From Takakia lepidozioides (Eukaryota > Plantae > Bryophyta), in the NCBI GenBank assembly GCA_030704615.1, contig CM060731.1:57536001-57600000 (forward strand): a stretch of 64,000 bases of DNA. The letters are read 5' to 3'. The notes beneath the pieces are model-generated. The model saw nothing but the letters and a program-made list of their open reading frames with translations. It searched no databases and was not told the DNA's origin. Numbering within the stretch: position 1 is the stretch's first letter; the number at the start of each line of letters is the position of its first letter. A program made the position numbers and the translations under genes. Below are positions 1-13,640 of the stretch, one piece after another.

Positions 1-279
1 AACGCTCCTCCAGAATCCTACGTGGTATACAATGTTGGCCCACCATGTCTGGAAGCTTAAACAATACTACTTGCTGTAAACGCTTGCAAGCAAAATGAGT
101 GAACTCCCTGAACTCCTTGGCCGTATAGGTGAGAGGTGTGCCAATGACTTTGGAACAATGTAAGTATTTCCAAGCTTCATGTCCCTTATAGAAAATATCA
201 TTGGGGCCCAATTTTTCTTTGACCAAGTTGTTCCAAGCCAAATTAAACCATGAACAAAGCTAGGAATCCTTCTCCACTG

Positions 280-610
280 AAAAGAACCTCTCCTTCCAGA
301 GCAATAGGCTCTGGTGCAACAACATGTACTAACAGAGGGACCTCTGAGACAACAGAGTCAACTGGCTGTGATGGCTGTGGTACCAAAGTGACTTCTTCTT
401 CCCTCTCCAAAGGTCGTGCTTCCAGCAATAACAGCCCTATGTGCGGCTGTTCCCCATCTTGCACAAGAGCTATGGAAACATCATCATTTTTGCGGTTCCC
501 TTGAAGCTAGTGGATCGGCCACTATAGGCGTGTCCCTCTTTTGTCTCTTGGACTGGTGCCCCGCCCTTCCAATCCACCTTCACTATGTGAAGAGCCTTGC
601 TGGACATGAA
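280..610 (-). pseudogene. Remnant of the 3' extra ORF of gypsy copy A
   Basis: ORF 243..464 (LLLEARPLEREEEVTLVPQPSQP) matches the C-terminus of ORF 11388..13856 (LLLEAGPSEREEEVTSASQPSQP); the DNA resembles ~11590-11840. Confidence 0.7.
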
Positions 611-896
611 CATTACCACATTTTGACCTATGTACTTTCCATGGCCACATTGATACCTCCCCCTGCAGGCTTACAGCAACTTAGAAGGCCTCCTAATCCC
701 TTGATTGACTGCTTGGCTTGAGACAAATTGCCGTGCAAGGGCTATAACCTTGACACTCCAACACTCCCCCTCAAGGCATAGCCCTTATAGCTAATGCCCA
801 TCAAACTAACCCCTTTCCACCAGTGTTCTCAATGTGGGACATTTTCTTTTCATTCTCCAAAACCGTTGGAACTGTGTAACAATCCACATTGTCTAT

Positions 897-1120
897 CAGA
901 TCACTTGTCACGCCTAGCAACAGGAGAGGCCGCCACGGGAGTAGACGACCAACTACCTGATACAGTTTATTTGCAGTGGAGGTGCAAGGAAGTGCAGATG
1001 ATTGGTTAGATTGGTAGTGGCCAATCAGATACTACCTTACTCATGGTCAGTGCCCACCTAGTTATGGGAAGGAGCAGAGGAAGAGAATAGCTATCAAGGC
1101 TTTACCTTATACTATGGTAG
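897..1120 (+). pseudogene. Inverted RNase H/integrase linker fragment of gypsy copy A
   Basis: Encodes DHLSRLATGEAATGVDDQLPD...RIAIKALPYTMV on the + strand; the intact copy has this on the - strand at ~14780-15003. Confidence 0.85.
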
Positions 1121-1404
1121 TTTTGTTGATAAAATTTGCAAATTTGCAACGTTCAGGAGTTTTGTTTTTGTTCTGCATGAAATCTACTTGGTTCTCATTG
1201 CCAATGACATCTCCCCCGTGTCTGAAAATTTCCTTCCTGGGCTTTTGGCTCAGCCTCGAGACTATCAAAGTTGGTAAACAGAGGCTCAGACAGAATTCCA
1301 TTGATAGTTTTGAAGAGGGCGTCTCTCTTTGAGGTTGATATGATGTGAGACGCTATTTGTAGCATTTTTAGACATTGAAACCTTCAAGGTACCTCTGTTA
1401 TCAA

Positions 1405-4400
1405 GTCAAACGGCCAGGCTTGTAAACAACTTCAAACTCAAACTCGTGCAAGATTATTAACCACCTTGCTATCCTGCCACTTATCAAAGGCTTGTTCACC
1501 AGATAAATCAGAGCATGATGATCCACATAAAACATAAACTTCCTTCCCAATAGGTAATGCCTGAATTTCTTGACTGCATAAATCATTGCCAATGCTTCTC
1601 TTTCAGTTGTGCTATAGTTCCTTTCAGCATTGTTCATCAACCTGCTAGCATAGTACACACGTGAATCTATGTTTCCTGTAGCATTTTGGGCTAACACTAC
1701 TCCCAATGCTTCTCCTGAGGCATCACAATGCACATGAAATACTACATGCCAGTGAGGGTTAATCAGCACAGATGTAGTTGTTACTGACAATGTAAGTTCC
1801 TCAAAAGCCTATTGACATTCAGCTGTCCATGCAAACACTGCATCTTTCTTCAGAAGCTTGCTCAATTGTGCTGCTGTCTGTGCATACCGTCTCACAAATC
1901 TTCTGTAATAACTGGTTTGTCCAAGGAATCTCCTTAGACTCTTAACATTTCCTAGTGGTGGAGAGGCTTTAATAGCCTCTATCTTTCTGGGATCCACAAG
2001 CAGTCCCCTCTTACACACAATGTGTCCCAAAAGTACCCCTGAGTTCACACAGAAGGTACACTTCTCTGGAATCAGGCCTAGACCTCTCATCCTGCATCTG
2101 GCCAAACATAACTCCATTTATGCAAGGGCTCATTCTTAGAACTGTAGACCCTGAAGTCATCTATGAACACCTCCATGAAATCATCCAGATACTCATGGAA
2201 AGATTCACTTATCACTCTATGAAAAGTTGCTGATGCATTACAAAGTCCAAAAGGCATGACTTTGTATGCATAAGCACCCCAGTCTGTGATGAAAGCTGTC
2301 TTTCCCTGGTCTTCTTCAGCCACTTGCACTTGGTTATACCCACTGAAGCCATCCATGAATGAGTACATCTCATGGCTTGCCACAGTGTCCAGCACTGCTT
2401 CTGTGAATGGCAAAGGGAAGGGATCTTTCTTTGTACAAGCATTCAACTTCTTATAGTTTACACAAACTCTCAGTTTACCATTCTTCTTGGGAACTATCAC
2501 AACGGGTGACAACAAAGTTGTATACTCTATTGGGTATATAAACTTAGCCTCAGCCAACTTCTTGATCTCTTCCCCCACCTTCTGTGCATAGTTGGGATTA
2601 ATTCTGTACCTTGCATGTTTGATTGGTACTGATCCTGGTTCCAGTTCAATCTTATGCTGACAGATCTCAGGTGGTATCCTTTTCAGATCCTCATAGCTCC
2701 AAGCAATACTTCTCTGTATTTGATGAACAGACTCTTAGCTTCCTCAAAGAATTCTGGCTCCAAGTCAGCCCCTAATTTCACCATTCTTGGTTCCTTCTCA
2801 GTTCCCACATTCACTTCTCTCACTTGCTCATCAGCTGTGATTGTCCAACCAGTTACTACTTCATTCTGTAAACTTACAGTGGCTGGTTCTTCTAGGATTT
2901 CCATTTCTCCCTCTCTTTCCTCATAGAAATGTGGTAGGTAACTGCTTGTTTCCCCCTCAATTGGTGTTGTTGTTACTACACCACAGCAGATACCTTTTAA
3001 ACAACTTCGGCCTTCTAGTTGCATTTCTGCAACCTGCTCCCACTCTGGGGGTGCAGCGAACATGGTAGCTTCTTGCTCCTCATCAAGTCATTTTCTCCAG
3101 TCATACTCTCTAACTCCTCAAGGTCTTCTCGTAGCAGGTAGTCTACTAGATTTCTTAGTGGTGATTTGTATCTTGCGCTTCCCATCATGCACGGTTAGTA
3201 ACTGGGAATTCTAGTCATGGAATACCCTGGCCTGTTTCAGCCATGGTCGACCCAACAATAAGGAGTAAGCTTCCATGACATCATCCATTTTCAATACAGT
3301 CACTGTGATCTTAAAGATCATCTTTTGAATCTGTATCTTAACTCCTCTTATCAAGCCTAATGGCTGAACACTTCTTTGATCCGCCATTGTTACTGTGAAT
3401 GGGGCTGGTTTCATGTTACTTAGACCAAGCTTCTGCCTTAATTGGTCTGTCATGATATTCACTCCAGAGCCTCCATCTATCAGTACATCAGTCAAGTCTG
3501 TGCTTCCAATTTTCAATTGGATTACTCGCATAAAATCATCAAAGTCCATGACTGTTTCTCGCTCTTCTGGCTTCACAGTATAGCTTGTCACCTTGCTGTT
3601 CAGGTCTGTGCTCCCTGTCACATGGGCAATCTGATTGATTGCTTGATACAGCCTGTGCCTACAATGAGGTGCCACAGCCAATAGCTGTCCAATGGTAATC
3701 TCCGCTTGGACTGGCATATTACTTCAGCCAAAGTCCCTTCATTACTCTGCACTTGTGCAGCTTCTTTCTTCACTTCATCTTCACTCACTTCATCTTCTCT
3801 TTCAGAATCAGAGGAATCTGCCATAGGGATATCAGTACTCTTCTGCATTTCCCTTATGGTATCAGCCACTTCCTTGTGCAGTCCCTTCTCATCTCTCCAA
3901 GCCTCATCATCCACAGGCACATCACTGTCATCTTCATTATCATCATCTTCCTCATCTACTGGAGGTATTAATTTAGCTTTGCTTCTGGTTACTATCATCG
4001 TACTCACTTCTGGTACAACACATGGCCTAACCATGTGAGCTGCCACCACTGGGCCCTCATTCACAGGAGCTCTCATCTCATTCTGGTGTCTAATCCAGAA
4101 TGAACAGGCTGCCTTGCGATGTCCCGCCTGCTTACAATAGTAACACAGTTCTTCACCATAGGGTCCTCGCCCTTGATCTGCTCTGGGATTATTTCTATAA
4201 TCCTGATTTCCTGGCTGATAATTCCCCCTTGGATTACCCTGATAGTTGCCCCTGGGATTGCCCTAGTAATTCCCTCTTGGATTCTCTCTCCCTTCCATAC
4301 CATTGTTATAACCACCAGGCCTACCATAGTGGTCCTAATCATTGTTTCTTTGTTCTCTTCTTGGCTGGGGCTGCACTTGATGCACCCTTACTTGCCTAGG

Positions 4401-7078
4401 TTCTCTTGCAGCTGTCCTTTTGTTGTAATAACAATTCTCAGTGGAATGATTATCCATTTTACAGATAGTACAGTGTTTCTCCTTCATGTGGCATTCAGCT
4501 GTGGTATGGCCTTCATTCTGGCATTTTGCACACCAAACACCCTTCCTCCAATGTGTTGCAGCCTCTGTGGCATACTTCTTCAAGATCTCTTCCAATCTTT
4601 TCTCATAGTTATCCCTCTTCAACTTTTCCTTCTTCTTACTCTTCCTCTTGAGCTCTTGCTCTTCTTCCTCATCTGACTCCTCCTCAGAGTCCTCATCATC
4701 CATTTTCTCTCTCCTGAGCATTCCCAATTGCTCAATTTTGTTAGCTGTTTCAAATGCCTCCTCTACTGTATTATGGGGTAGCATATCCACTTTCTTTTGC
4801 AACTATGGTCTTAGTCCACTCACAAACCAAGTCTTCTGTAACCCTGGTGCTGGTACAGCAGCCAGCTTTTTCATCATTAATTCCATTTTTTTGCCTTAAC
4901 TGTTGTAAATTTCCATACACTTTGTCCTCAGTTTTACTTGTCCTGAACTTATTTCGGAATGCCGTACTAAGGCCATTCCAGGTCAAGAAATGATTATTAG
5001 GTAATCTTGCATACCATTCACTGCTTTCTTAATAAGTGAACATGGATATAGTCTCATCTTGGCATCATCGCCATTTTCATTGTTCACAATACACATGTGG
5101 TCAAATTGGCTGATGTGTACATCAAGATCCCATTTTCCTGCATATATTCGAAAATGTGGTTTTGCCCGTGTTGGTTGTACCGCCATCTGCGGCCCTACAC
5201 CCTGCCCACTGATAGGTGTTGGTCCCCCTGCTGGTGCTGATCCTTGAGGACCTGTTGTAGTGGTGGTGGAACTCCCACCAGGTGCTGGCCCCTGAGCACT
5301 CCCTGCTATTGGCCCCACTATATTCACAGTATTCCCAGCTCTAGTTGCACTACTTCCCACACTCCCTGTCCCCCCAGAGCCAGATCCAGGCTGCCCGCCT
5401 GATCCCCCTGAGCTGACACCTTCGTTGGCCTGTGATCCAAGTGCTCCACTTGATCCAGGTCCAACAGGTTGGGATGTCCTGGTTGTAGTCTCAACCTCAA
5501 CTGTTGGGTCTACTTCTTCATACTCTTCATCTTCCAATTTCTTCTCTCTGTTTTCATCTTCCAAGTTTTGCTCTTGGGTTTCTTCCTCTTCACTCATGTA
5601 ACTCAATTGCAATGGTGTTGGAGAGTCTGAACTCTCCGTTGGCTCTGCCACATCCTCCCCTCCTTCTTTGTCTTCCGTGTCATAAACTAGAGTTCCTGCT
5701 TTTAATGTTCCATGCCAACTCTTATCAAAGATTTCTGTCAAATCTTTTATCCAGGGATGTACCTCAGATCTCTCCCCTCGTGGCTGATCTTCTTCCTGTA
5801 CCAAATCCCTTAATCTTTCTTGTAAAGAATAAGGAGTGGCATCCAACTTTGGTTCCTTCGGTATGGGTGATGTACTCTCCGATCTTAATGGTGTGAGAGG
5901 TCCAGATGACTCCCCTATGTCTATTCCTCTCTCCCAAAGATATGGATAATTAGCTTTCAATACTCTCTCTCTTTGCTGAATATCTTTGAAGTCTAGCTTC
6001 TCTTTCATCACTCATGTCCCATGTCTTTCATATCTTCAATGAGGCAATAACCAAAACTCTCTTCTGTAGTATCTCTCGTATATGCCTGGGTTTCTTTGAA
6101 GCTTCAAAGCACCCTTAGCTATACTAGAAGTCTCTGTTACCATATAACCATATGGCAAACACGTTTGGAAAGCTGTTCTTGGTGTAAGTTTGATCCACAA
6201 GTTATCCTTGGGAATCCAATTCCTTACCAGTACCAACTCTTCATGCATCTGAGTGTAAACATTCACTTTCTGTTCCTCCCAGCCTTCAAACTCCACTCGT
6301 TTTATGGATAACAACGCTATCACATAAACTAGCGTTGGTAACCAACTTGCTCTCCCTCTACAGGTCACCTATTAAATCTTTATCACTCCTTTCTCCAGAC
6401 CCCACTCAGGGTCAGCATTATGCACTCTCTTAAGAATGTTTTCTTTACAACCGTCTAGCAATTCCAAGAACCTCTGAAAGAATTGTTTGGACAATCTTTC
6501 CTTCTCAGTTCCACAGGGAATTTGATTCACATCAAATTCTTTAATTCTCCAACCACCATGATCCCACTAGATGCCTGTTACATCTGGTTGTTCTTGACCC
6601 AGTTCCCCAGTATGGTCGCCAAATGTCGAGCGGCTTTTACTCACCCATCCCTTCGCTATCCGAGGTGGAAACTCCAAGATAGAAGAGTTGGTTATCTCTA
6701 AGCACTCAGCCCGCTTAGAATAATCTGTCATGACCTACATCTAGTGAATCATGGTTGTGCTTCCTATTTATATTTCTTCTTGCCTTCATGTTAGCAATTT
6801 ACCTTACTGTGTAAACTGAAGCATCAGATTGCTTCAGTATCTGCCAAGTTCCATTCACTCATCCATTCATTCCACACACTTCCTCACTCTCACTCTCTCT
6901 CTACTCAGTGTGATTGTAATCGAATAAGTATCAGATTATGATTTATCAGGTATCAGGCCAATGCCATGGTGACTCTAATCTGCCCTACTGTATCACTACA
7001 GCTTTGCATGTAACAAACATCTACTGTTCATCTTTCCTCCCTCACCTTGCTCTGCATCCTTGCTCCCGTTCTTGCTCT
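1405..7078 (-). mobile_element. Truncated, degenerate Ty3/gypsy LTR retrotransposon (copy A, same family as 7841-21270)
   Basis: Frameshifted gag (CCHC knuckles), protease (VLIDGGSG), RT (FMDGFSGY, VFIDD) and RNase H (CDASG). PBS tccccagtatggtcgcca at ~6604-6621. Partial 5' LTR from 6624 (tgtcgagcgg) to ~7078. Integrase core lost. Confidence 0.92.
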
Positions 7079-7079
7079 C

Positions 7080-7786
7080 TTTCTGGGCATGTGAAGATAC
7101 TTTATGCAGTAGGCAGTCTGACAGAGGCTCTACAGACTCCAAACCAAGGAGGCATTTCAGCGGATTCAAATACGTATGTCTGTCTCTTGCTTAAGTGCAT
7201 CAAGATGGAAGGGCTGGAAGCTAGAAAGTAGGTGCACACTCACTGGATAGCTACAAGAAACATGCATGGGTAGATGGTCAACTGGAAGCCGCAGCAGCAG
7301 CGGTACACTTGATAAATTCAGGCACTGCTAATGAAGGCACTTCAACACATTTTACCCTGTTTTTCCCTCTTATAATCGGCCCTAAATTTTAATGTTGAAT
7401 TCTGCAAGTTAGCTGGTTGAGTGAACTTGGGATAGTTTCGACTTTGACATGATACTGCCAATGTGACAACAGGAAAGTATCAACAAACAGGTAACAGAGA
7501 TGAGGAGAAGCTGTGGAATGAATACTATTCTGATCCCAGTCAATGGTAGGACAACCGAGGCAAAAAGATGAATGCCTGTCAGATTACCAGATGTCATTCT
7601 GAACACTGCCCCTGCCCTGGTGGACATGTATGCCAAATGTGGGTGCATCGAGGATGCCAAGGGAGTGTTCAACACTATGGCTGAACGAGATGTGGTGTCA
7701 TGGAGTGCGATGCTTGCAGGGTATGCACAACAGGGGTGCGGGATGGAGGCTTTGGAGACCTATGAGCAAATGATGGGGGAAGGGGT
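7080..7786 (+). pseudogene. Scrambled relic of the PDF-motif/PLS-PPR gene family
   Basis: Pieces homologous to 40393-40555 (GHVKILYAVGSLTEAL), 39662-40010 ([18 protein letters not shown] and [23 protein letters not shown]) and one S-P PPR pair (VILNT...[14 protein letters not shown]), joined out of order. Confidence 0.85.
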
Positions 7787-7840
7787 TTTCGTGCTTCCCT
7801 ACCTGTCCACTTATTCTCGAGTCATCTCATACTGGGTAAC

Positions 7841-8920
7841 TGTCGTGCGGCTTTTACTCACCCATCCCCTCGCTATCCGAGGCGGAAACTCCAAGATAGA
7901 AGAGTTGGAAATCTCTAAGTACTCAGCCCGCGCAGAACAATCAGTCATGACCTACAGCTAGTGTATCATGGGGGTGTTTCCTATTTGTTTCCCTTTCCGC
8001 ATTCATCTTAGCTACCTTACCATTGATAATTAAGTATCAGTTTGCTTCATCAATCTATCTTTCCTTCTTCACTCATCCATTCAATCCACAGCTTCTCTCA
8101 GATCTCTCTACACAGTGTGATTGTATCGTATAAGTATCAGATTATGATTTATCAGGTATCAGGTATCAGGTCGAAGCCATTATGTCTCTAATCTGCTCTC
8201 CAATATCACTACAGCTTTGCATATAACAAGCATCTACTAATCCTCTTTTCTCCTTCATCGTGCTCTCCATCTCTTGCCTCCGATCTCCGCTCCAGCCTCA
8301 CTCAGAAGTCCTCCTCCGTATAATGATGATCCTCCTTCATTCCCCGTTTCTCCTTTTATCCTCCTATCCGCGTTTCTAACCGTTTCCCTCTCTAACTAAC
8401 CGTCGTCTGTGAACTAACATGTTCCCTTCGCAGGTGTTGTTCCCCACAGTCGTTCCCGTCCTACTACTCTTCGTTCCCTATGATCGTGACAGCTGTGTCA
8501 AGCTGTGACTGGCTGTGTGAAACTGTGACGGGCTGTGACTGGCTGTGCGACTGTGTTTGGCTGTGTCGGGCTGTGACTGGCTGTGTCGGCTGTGTCGGGC
8601 TGTGATTGGCTGTGTGGGCTGTGACGACTGTGACGGGCTGTGTTGCTGTGTTGGCTGTGTCGGCTGTGACGACTGTGACTGGCTGTGTTGGCTGTGTTGG
8701 CTGTGACTGGCTGTGTGGGCTGTGTCTGCTGTGACGACTGTGACGGGCTGTGTTGGCTGTGTGGGCTGTGACAACTGTGACGGGCTGTGACGACTGTGTA
8801 ACCCCCCTCTACAGTGCGCTGCTGTCACCCCTAAGGCTCCTGTTGGTCTCAGTCTGTGCAAAATTAAGGGTACCCTACAGATCCCGTATAAGTGTCTAAG
8901 TCCCCTACAGTCCTCTAACA
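7841..8920 (-). repeat. 3' LTR of copy B, containing a GCTGTG-based tandem array (~8490-8800)
   Basis: Near-identical to 20227-21270 outside the tandem array; adjacent to the PPT. Confidence 0.95.
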
Positions 8921-8923
8921 TTA

Positions 8924-8938
8924 CCCCTTTCCCCCCTC
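8924..8938 (-). promoter_or_regulatory. Polypurine tract
   Basis: GAGGGGGGAAAGGGG on the - strand, 3 nt before the 3' LTR TG. Confidence 0.9.
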
Positions 8939-9479
8939 AAAAGCCGTGTCCTCATGGTTTACTGTTTCCGAGTAGCAACCTTTGTGAGTGAGCACCTTGT
9001 TGACGTTGAGAGTTTCGTGGTGGGCTGTGTGTACGAGCCCGAGGTCTGTCTCTGGTTGACGGAGATGGTTGATCACTACCTGGATAAGTGAGGCCTTCTG
9101 GAGGCTGATATCGAGGTAATCTTTCCGGCATAGGAGATCCCGTTTGTTTCTTCTCTTCCATCTGAATTGCATAGTCTTCTCTTCCCCATGTCAAAGATTA
9201 TGTTGAAGAACAGTTTGTATCAGAATCCTCATCGCCTCTCAGGTGTTTTAATTTTCGAACTTTTTGTGGAATCATCTGGGGCATACAATGCTGTCCTACC
9301 ATGTCGGGAAGTTTGATTTTACAACTTGGTGTAACCGCTGAACAGCAAAATGGGTGTAGGCACTGAGCTCCTTGTCTGTCCAGATGAGTGGGGTACCATT
9401 TACTGGTTGCACGCGTGCAAGTACTTCCATGCCACATGTCCCTTATAGAAATGTCATCAAGTCCGAATTTCTGTGTTGA

Positions 9480-12400
9480 CAATGGTTGCAGCTGCTTGAA
9501 ACCATGAACGAATTTGAGAATCTTTCTGCATCATAACTTTTGGGTCATATAGGTACATATGAGGTGGCACCGAAGGTAATACCCAATGATCTCCACTGGA
9601 GTAACTTGAAAGCGTGTTTGCATCTTTTGTTGCTCAATGTGGTAACGTACCAGAAAACACAGCGTAGTATGCCCGCACCCCCCATGACAATACTTGCTAT
9701 CAGTCCTTGGTCTTGGTATAATGAGTCCTGTACAACCTGGAAAGCAACCAATTCCCTCAACATGGTACCTGCCTCGTGCCAGTATTGTGCAAAGTGATGA
9801 TCTTCAATATGTCGATTGTTTGGAAGAACTTTAGTCCTAGTTGCCACTGGCACCAAATACGCATGAGTTGGTAGTAAGAATGTGCGAATGACTGCGGAGG
9901 CTAAATTCTTTCCAAGCCAAATCCCAACATGATGGGATTTGGTTGAAGGGCATAAGCATAGCCCTGCTGTACTCCCTTGCACTGGAGTTTTAGGTGGGTT
10001 TAAAAGCGGCATTGCCCCATACCCTCCGGCTTGGTGGCTGGTGGTGTTGTTGTAGTAACCACAGGTTCAGCTACTGTACACTGACCTTTTGTGGTGGTGG
10101 TGGTACTGGCTCCTGTATCATTGGCATCTCCTGCACCTCCTGTGAGACTGAAAAGACAGAGTTCTGGCTTGCAATAAGAAGCCATTAGCTGTTCCTGAGG
10201 GATATAGACTCTTTGGTCGATGTTTGAAGTGAGGTCTTCCACTTGAGTCTGGAGTCCGTCTACATCCTCTTGTAACTCTATAATCCTACTATAGACATTG
10301 TCTATAGTAGTTGTGGCAATGTTCTGCACCTGCAGTCTGAGCTCATTCATCTCGCTTTGGGTGAGCTTCCGTGGGCTTTTGCCCTCTACTGGCCCTTGTG
10401 CTAACCAGACCTGCATAAGGCTGTTATCCACCAAGCTGCTTGTGGTTCCCCTGAGAGTTTTGCTCCTCTCTTAGCTTGTACAATTCCAACTGCTGTTGTA
10501 AGCCTCCATGCGCTTCGCCTGTGGCTCAACCAATTGCGCATAGGCAGCAAGTAGATTATTGGCTTCCTTCGAAGCCTTGTTACTGACCGCGATTTCATTT
10601 CTATTGGCCACGATGGTTTGTTGCAACACCACGATGTGTTTCTCTTGATCAGTTTCCCTCTGCCTGTATTGCTTGAAAGTATCTTCATGGCGACAGATTG
10701 TATTCTTCATATCGACAATGAGCTTCATTTGCTCAACATTCTCTTCTTCTGCCTTCGTACATTTTTTCCCCGCTTGACTGTTTATTTTCTTTTGTTGATT
10801 GGTCAAGCATAGTTGTAAATGTAGCACATTGTAATCGCCATCCTGTTATGCACTGTCTCAACTCCGTATGTAGTGCATTCAGTTCTTGCACCTTGCTCTC
10901 ATGCTGCACCTGCATTGGTATAGCTTTTCTGCTTCTAATGTGCTTCGGTGCAACTGGTCTTGCGCGAGGCTTCCTCAATCAATTGTTGGCTTGGCCAACT
11001 GCAAAGCCATTTCTGTATTGCCCAAGTCCTGCTTCATCTTGAGAGTGACCTCTTCATCGACCTTGTTTGCACACTCAGTGGCAAGTCGAGCCTCAAACTC
11101 CTTCCTGAGTTCCTCTTTCAAGGCTGTCAATTGGGTAATTGGAACATGGGATTTGACATAAGTCCCCAACAAATTAAGTGTCCTGCCTATGGAACTCATC
11201 AGCATTGCCTGTTGAGGGTCATCATGGTGAGGTTGCTGCTGTTCCTCCTGATCTTCAACAGTATGATGTCTCACTAACCATTCAGGCCATTGTCCCACCG
11301 GATTTTCTTCCTGAACTACTTCATCTATCACCGGTGCTACAGTGTCATGACCTTCCGCCTGTGGTACCTCCGACACAGGTGTGTGTATTATATGCACCTC
11401 AGGATTTCCCTTGGGCAACTGTTGCACCTCTGGGATTTCTGTCTCCTTGACCAGACCAGAATATTCATAGAGAAGGTCCCCTTCTCTATTTCTGCCACTA
11501 TCTGTTCTGTAGTTGGAATATCTATCCCTTCACTTTCCAAATCAATTATTTCGGGTTGAGCTGCATGGATAACTTGTGACCTTGTGACAAGTCGTTCAAG
11601 TGGCTGTGATGGTTGTGATGCAGAAGTAACTTCCTCCTCCCTCTCTGAAGGTCCTGCTTCCAGTAATAGCATTTGTCTGTGCTGCTGTGCCCCTTCCTGG
11701 CCATGAGCTTGGGAAACATTATCATGCGGAATCCGTGAAGCCAGTGGATCCGCCACTACAGTCTTTCCCCTTCTCTGCCTCTTAGTCTCGGGTTGTGCTG
11801 CTAGTCCACCCTCACTGTGTGAAGAGCCTTGCTCTTCCATTGCAGTTGTTTCTGGCTCAAACACTCCCATTTCCTTCCTTTCTTGTGCATTAAGTATGCC
11901 AGAATTAAGGATTATTTGAGCAATGATTGGGCCAGACACTATGATAGGAGACTTTGCGGTAGTACCTTGTAATCTTTTCATCTCCTCTACTAGTGCGTTG
12001 TACATTATGTCCGCCCATTGTACCTCTTGTCCCTTCAGGCCTTTGAGTATTTCCTCTGTGAAGGATCTGCTCAAATATTGTTGGTTCTGTTTCAGGGCAA
12101 TCAGAACGTTCAATACCTGGCCTATCTCTTTTAACCCTGGGTACACAGCTTTGGTACAAGCATAACCCTGAGTTTTAAAGAAACTCCCTTCTTGGAATAA
12201 GTCCCCTATTTGCAGTCTTGCCCTGTGTTCCTCCACATGCACCTGACCTGCTGGCAATCGAAACAATTGCTGGAGGTATAGGGGAGTAATCATTAATTCA
12301 ACTCCCTTCACCGTTGTTGTTCCTGTCCTTGGCTCAAAGTTCTGCAAAAATTGTAACATGTACTGTCTATGGTGTAGTGTCCAATCTAGGCTTTGCAATC

Positions 12401-13640
12401 CTTCCAATCTCAGCTCCTCCAGTATCTTTATCGCCTGTGGGGTAGCCATCGTTTGTTTCTGCAGAATTGTGGTGCTCTTCACCCTGATTTCCTCCATTCC
12501 TCTCACTCTCTTCATTTTAGACTCACAGAACTGCTTTGGCTGTAACAACTGCAGGAATGCCTGTAGTGCACAAAGCATAAACGTATGGTTGCCGCAGAAA
12601 GCTATGGGTAATTTCTTGTAAGCCTGCGGGGCTTGCAAGCATTGCTCAAGAGAAAAGCTCTGCTCTGTCGTTTCGTGTCTATGCCACTGCGTAAGTAATA
12701 TTGCGAGCGTATAGTCTGTTAGTTCCTCCATAGTTTCCAAGTTATAGCATTTATGGCCTGTCCTGTCGAGACGCCCGTTACTCAGAACGACGCCGCCTCT
12801 TGCGCTCAATTTCCCTCCATTTTCTTGATCATTTCTCTGGTTTTCTATTGGCTGTATCTGCTGTGACTGGATTTTAACTTTTATCTTCTTTAGTGGACTT
12901 TCCCTGTTGGATAGTCCACTAGGATCACACATGCGACATGAATTCGGCTTTTCTGTACTTGCCGTTCGTTCCGTTTCCCTTTTTCCGTATTCATTAATGG
13001 GCCCGCCTTTCATCCCATTTGACGGCCGTTCTTGTCCTCTTTCTTTTTGACACCTGTCCTTGCACTTCATTCTCTGCTGTGTGTCGCACCCTGACCTCCA
13101 CGTGTCTATTTTTAAATTAATTTCCGTTTCTTCTTCCTTCAGCCATTTTCCTGAAGTTTTTATGTGTCCACTTGTCACTGATTCTATGGATCGTGTAACT
13201 TTAGTAGGCTGTGTTGAGCTGTGACAGGCTGTGTCATACTGTGTTACGCTGTGATAGGCTGTGATGCACTGTGGTAAGCTGTGATAGGCTGTGATGCGCT
13301 GTGGTAAGCTGTGATAGGCTGTGTCACGCCGTGATGGGCTGTGATAGGCTGTGTTACGCCTTGCTGGGCTGTGATAGGCTGTGTTGCGCCTTGCTGGGCT
13401 GTGATAGGCTGTGTTGCGCCTTGCTGGGCTGTGATAGGCTGTGTCACGCCTTGATGGGCTGTGATAGGCTGTGTCACGTCGTGATGGGCTGTGATAGGCT
13501 GTGTCACGTTTGTTTTGCCCACCCTGGTCATATATGCTGGGCCTAGCGACAAGTGTTCCATACTCCGTTCGTAACACTGGTGCAGCCCGTGACTGCTCTT
13601 GCGGTTCAACATGCAAATCATGCTGCAGGGGTTTGTCATG
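9480..13640 (-). CDS. Long sense-strand extra coding region downstream of integrase (unknown function; broken into ORFs 11388..13856, 10975..11427, 10471..10827, 10000..10434, 9545..10012)
   Basis: Consecutive overlapping or abutting - strand ORFs. They include a 10-aa repeat, a globular-looking region (ILEELRLEGLQSLDW...VQWADIMYNALVEEM) and coiled-coil-like stretches. Confidence 0.65.
13205..13510 (-). repeat. 30-bp coding tandem repeat (~10 units, RRDTAYHSPS-like)
   Basis: Units such as gctgtgataggctgtgtcacgccgtgatgg, in frame within ORF 11388..13856. Confidence 0.95.
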
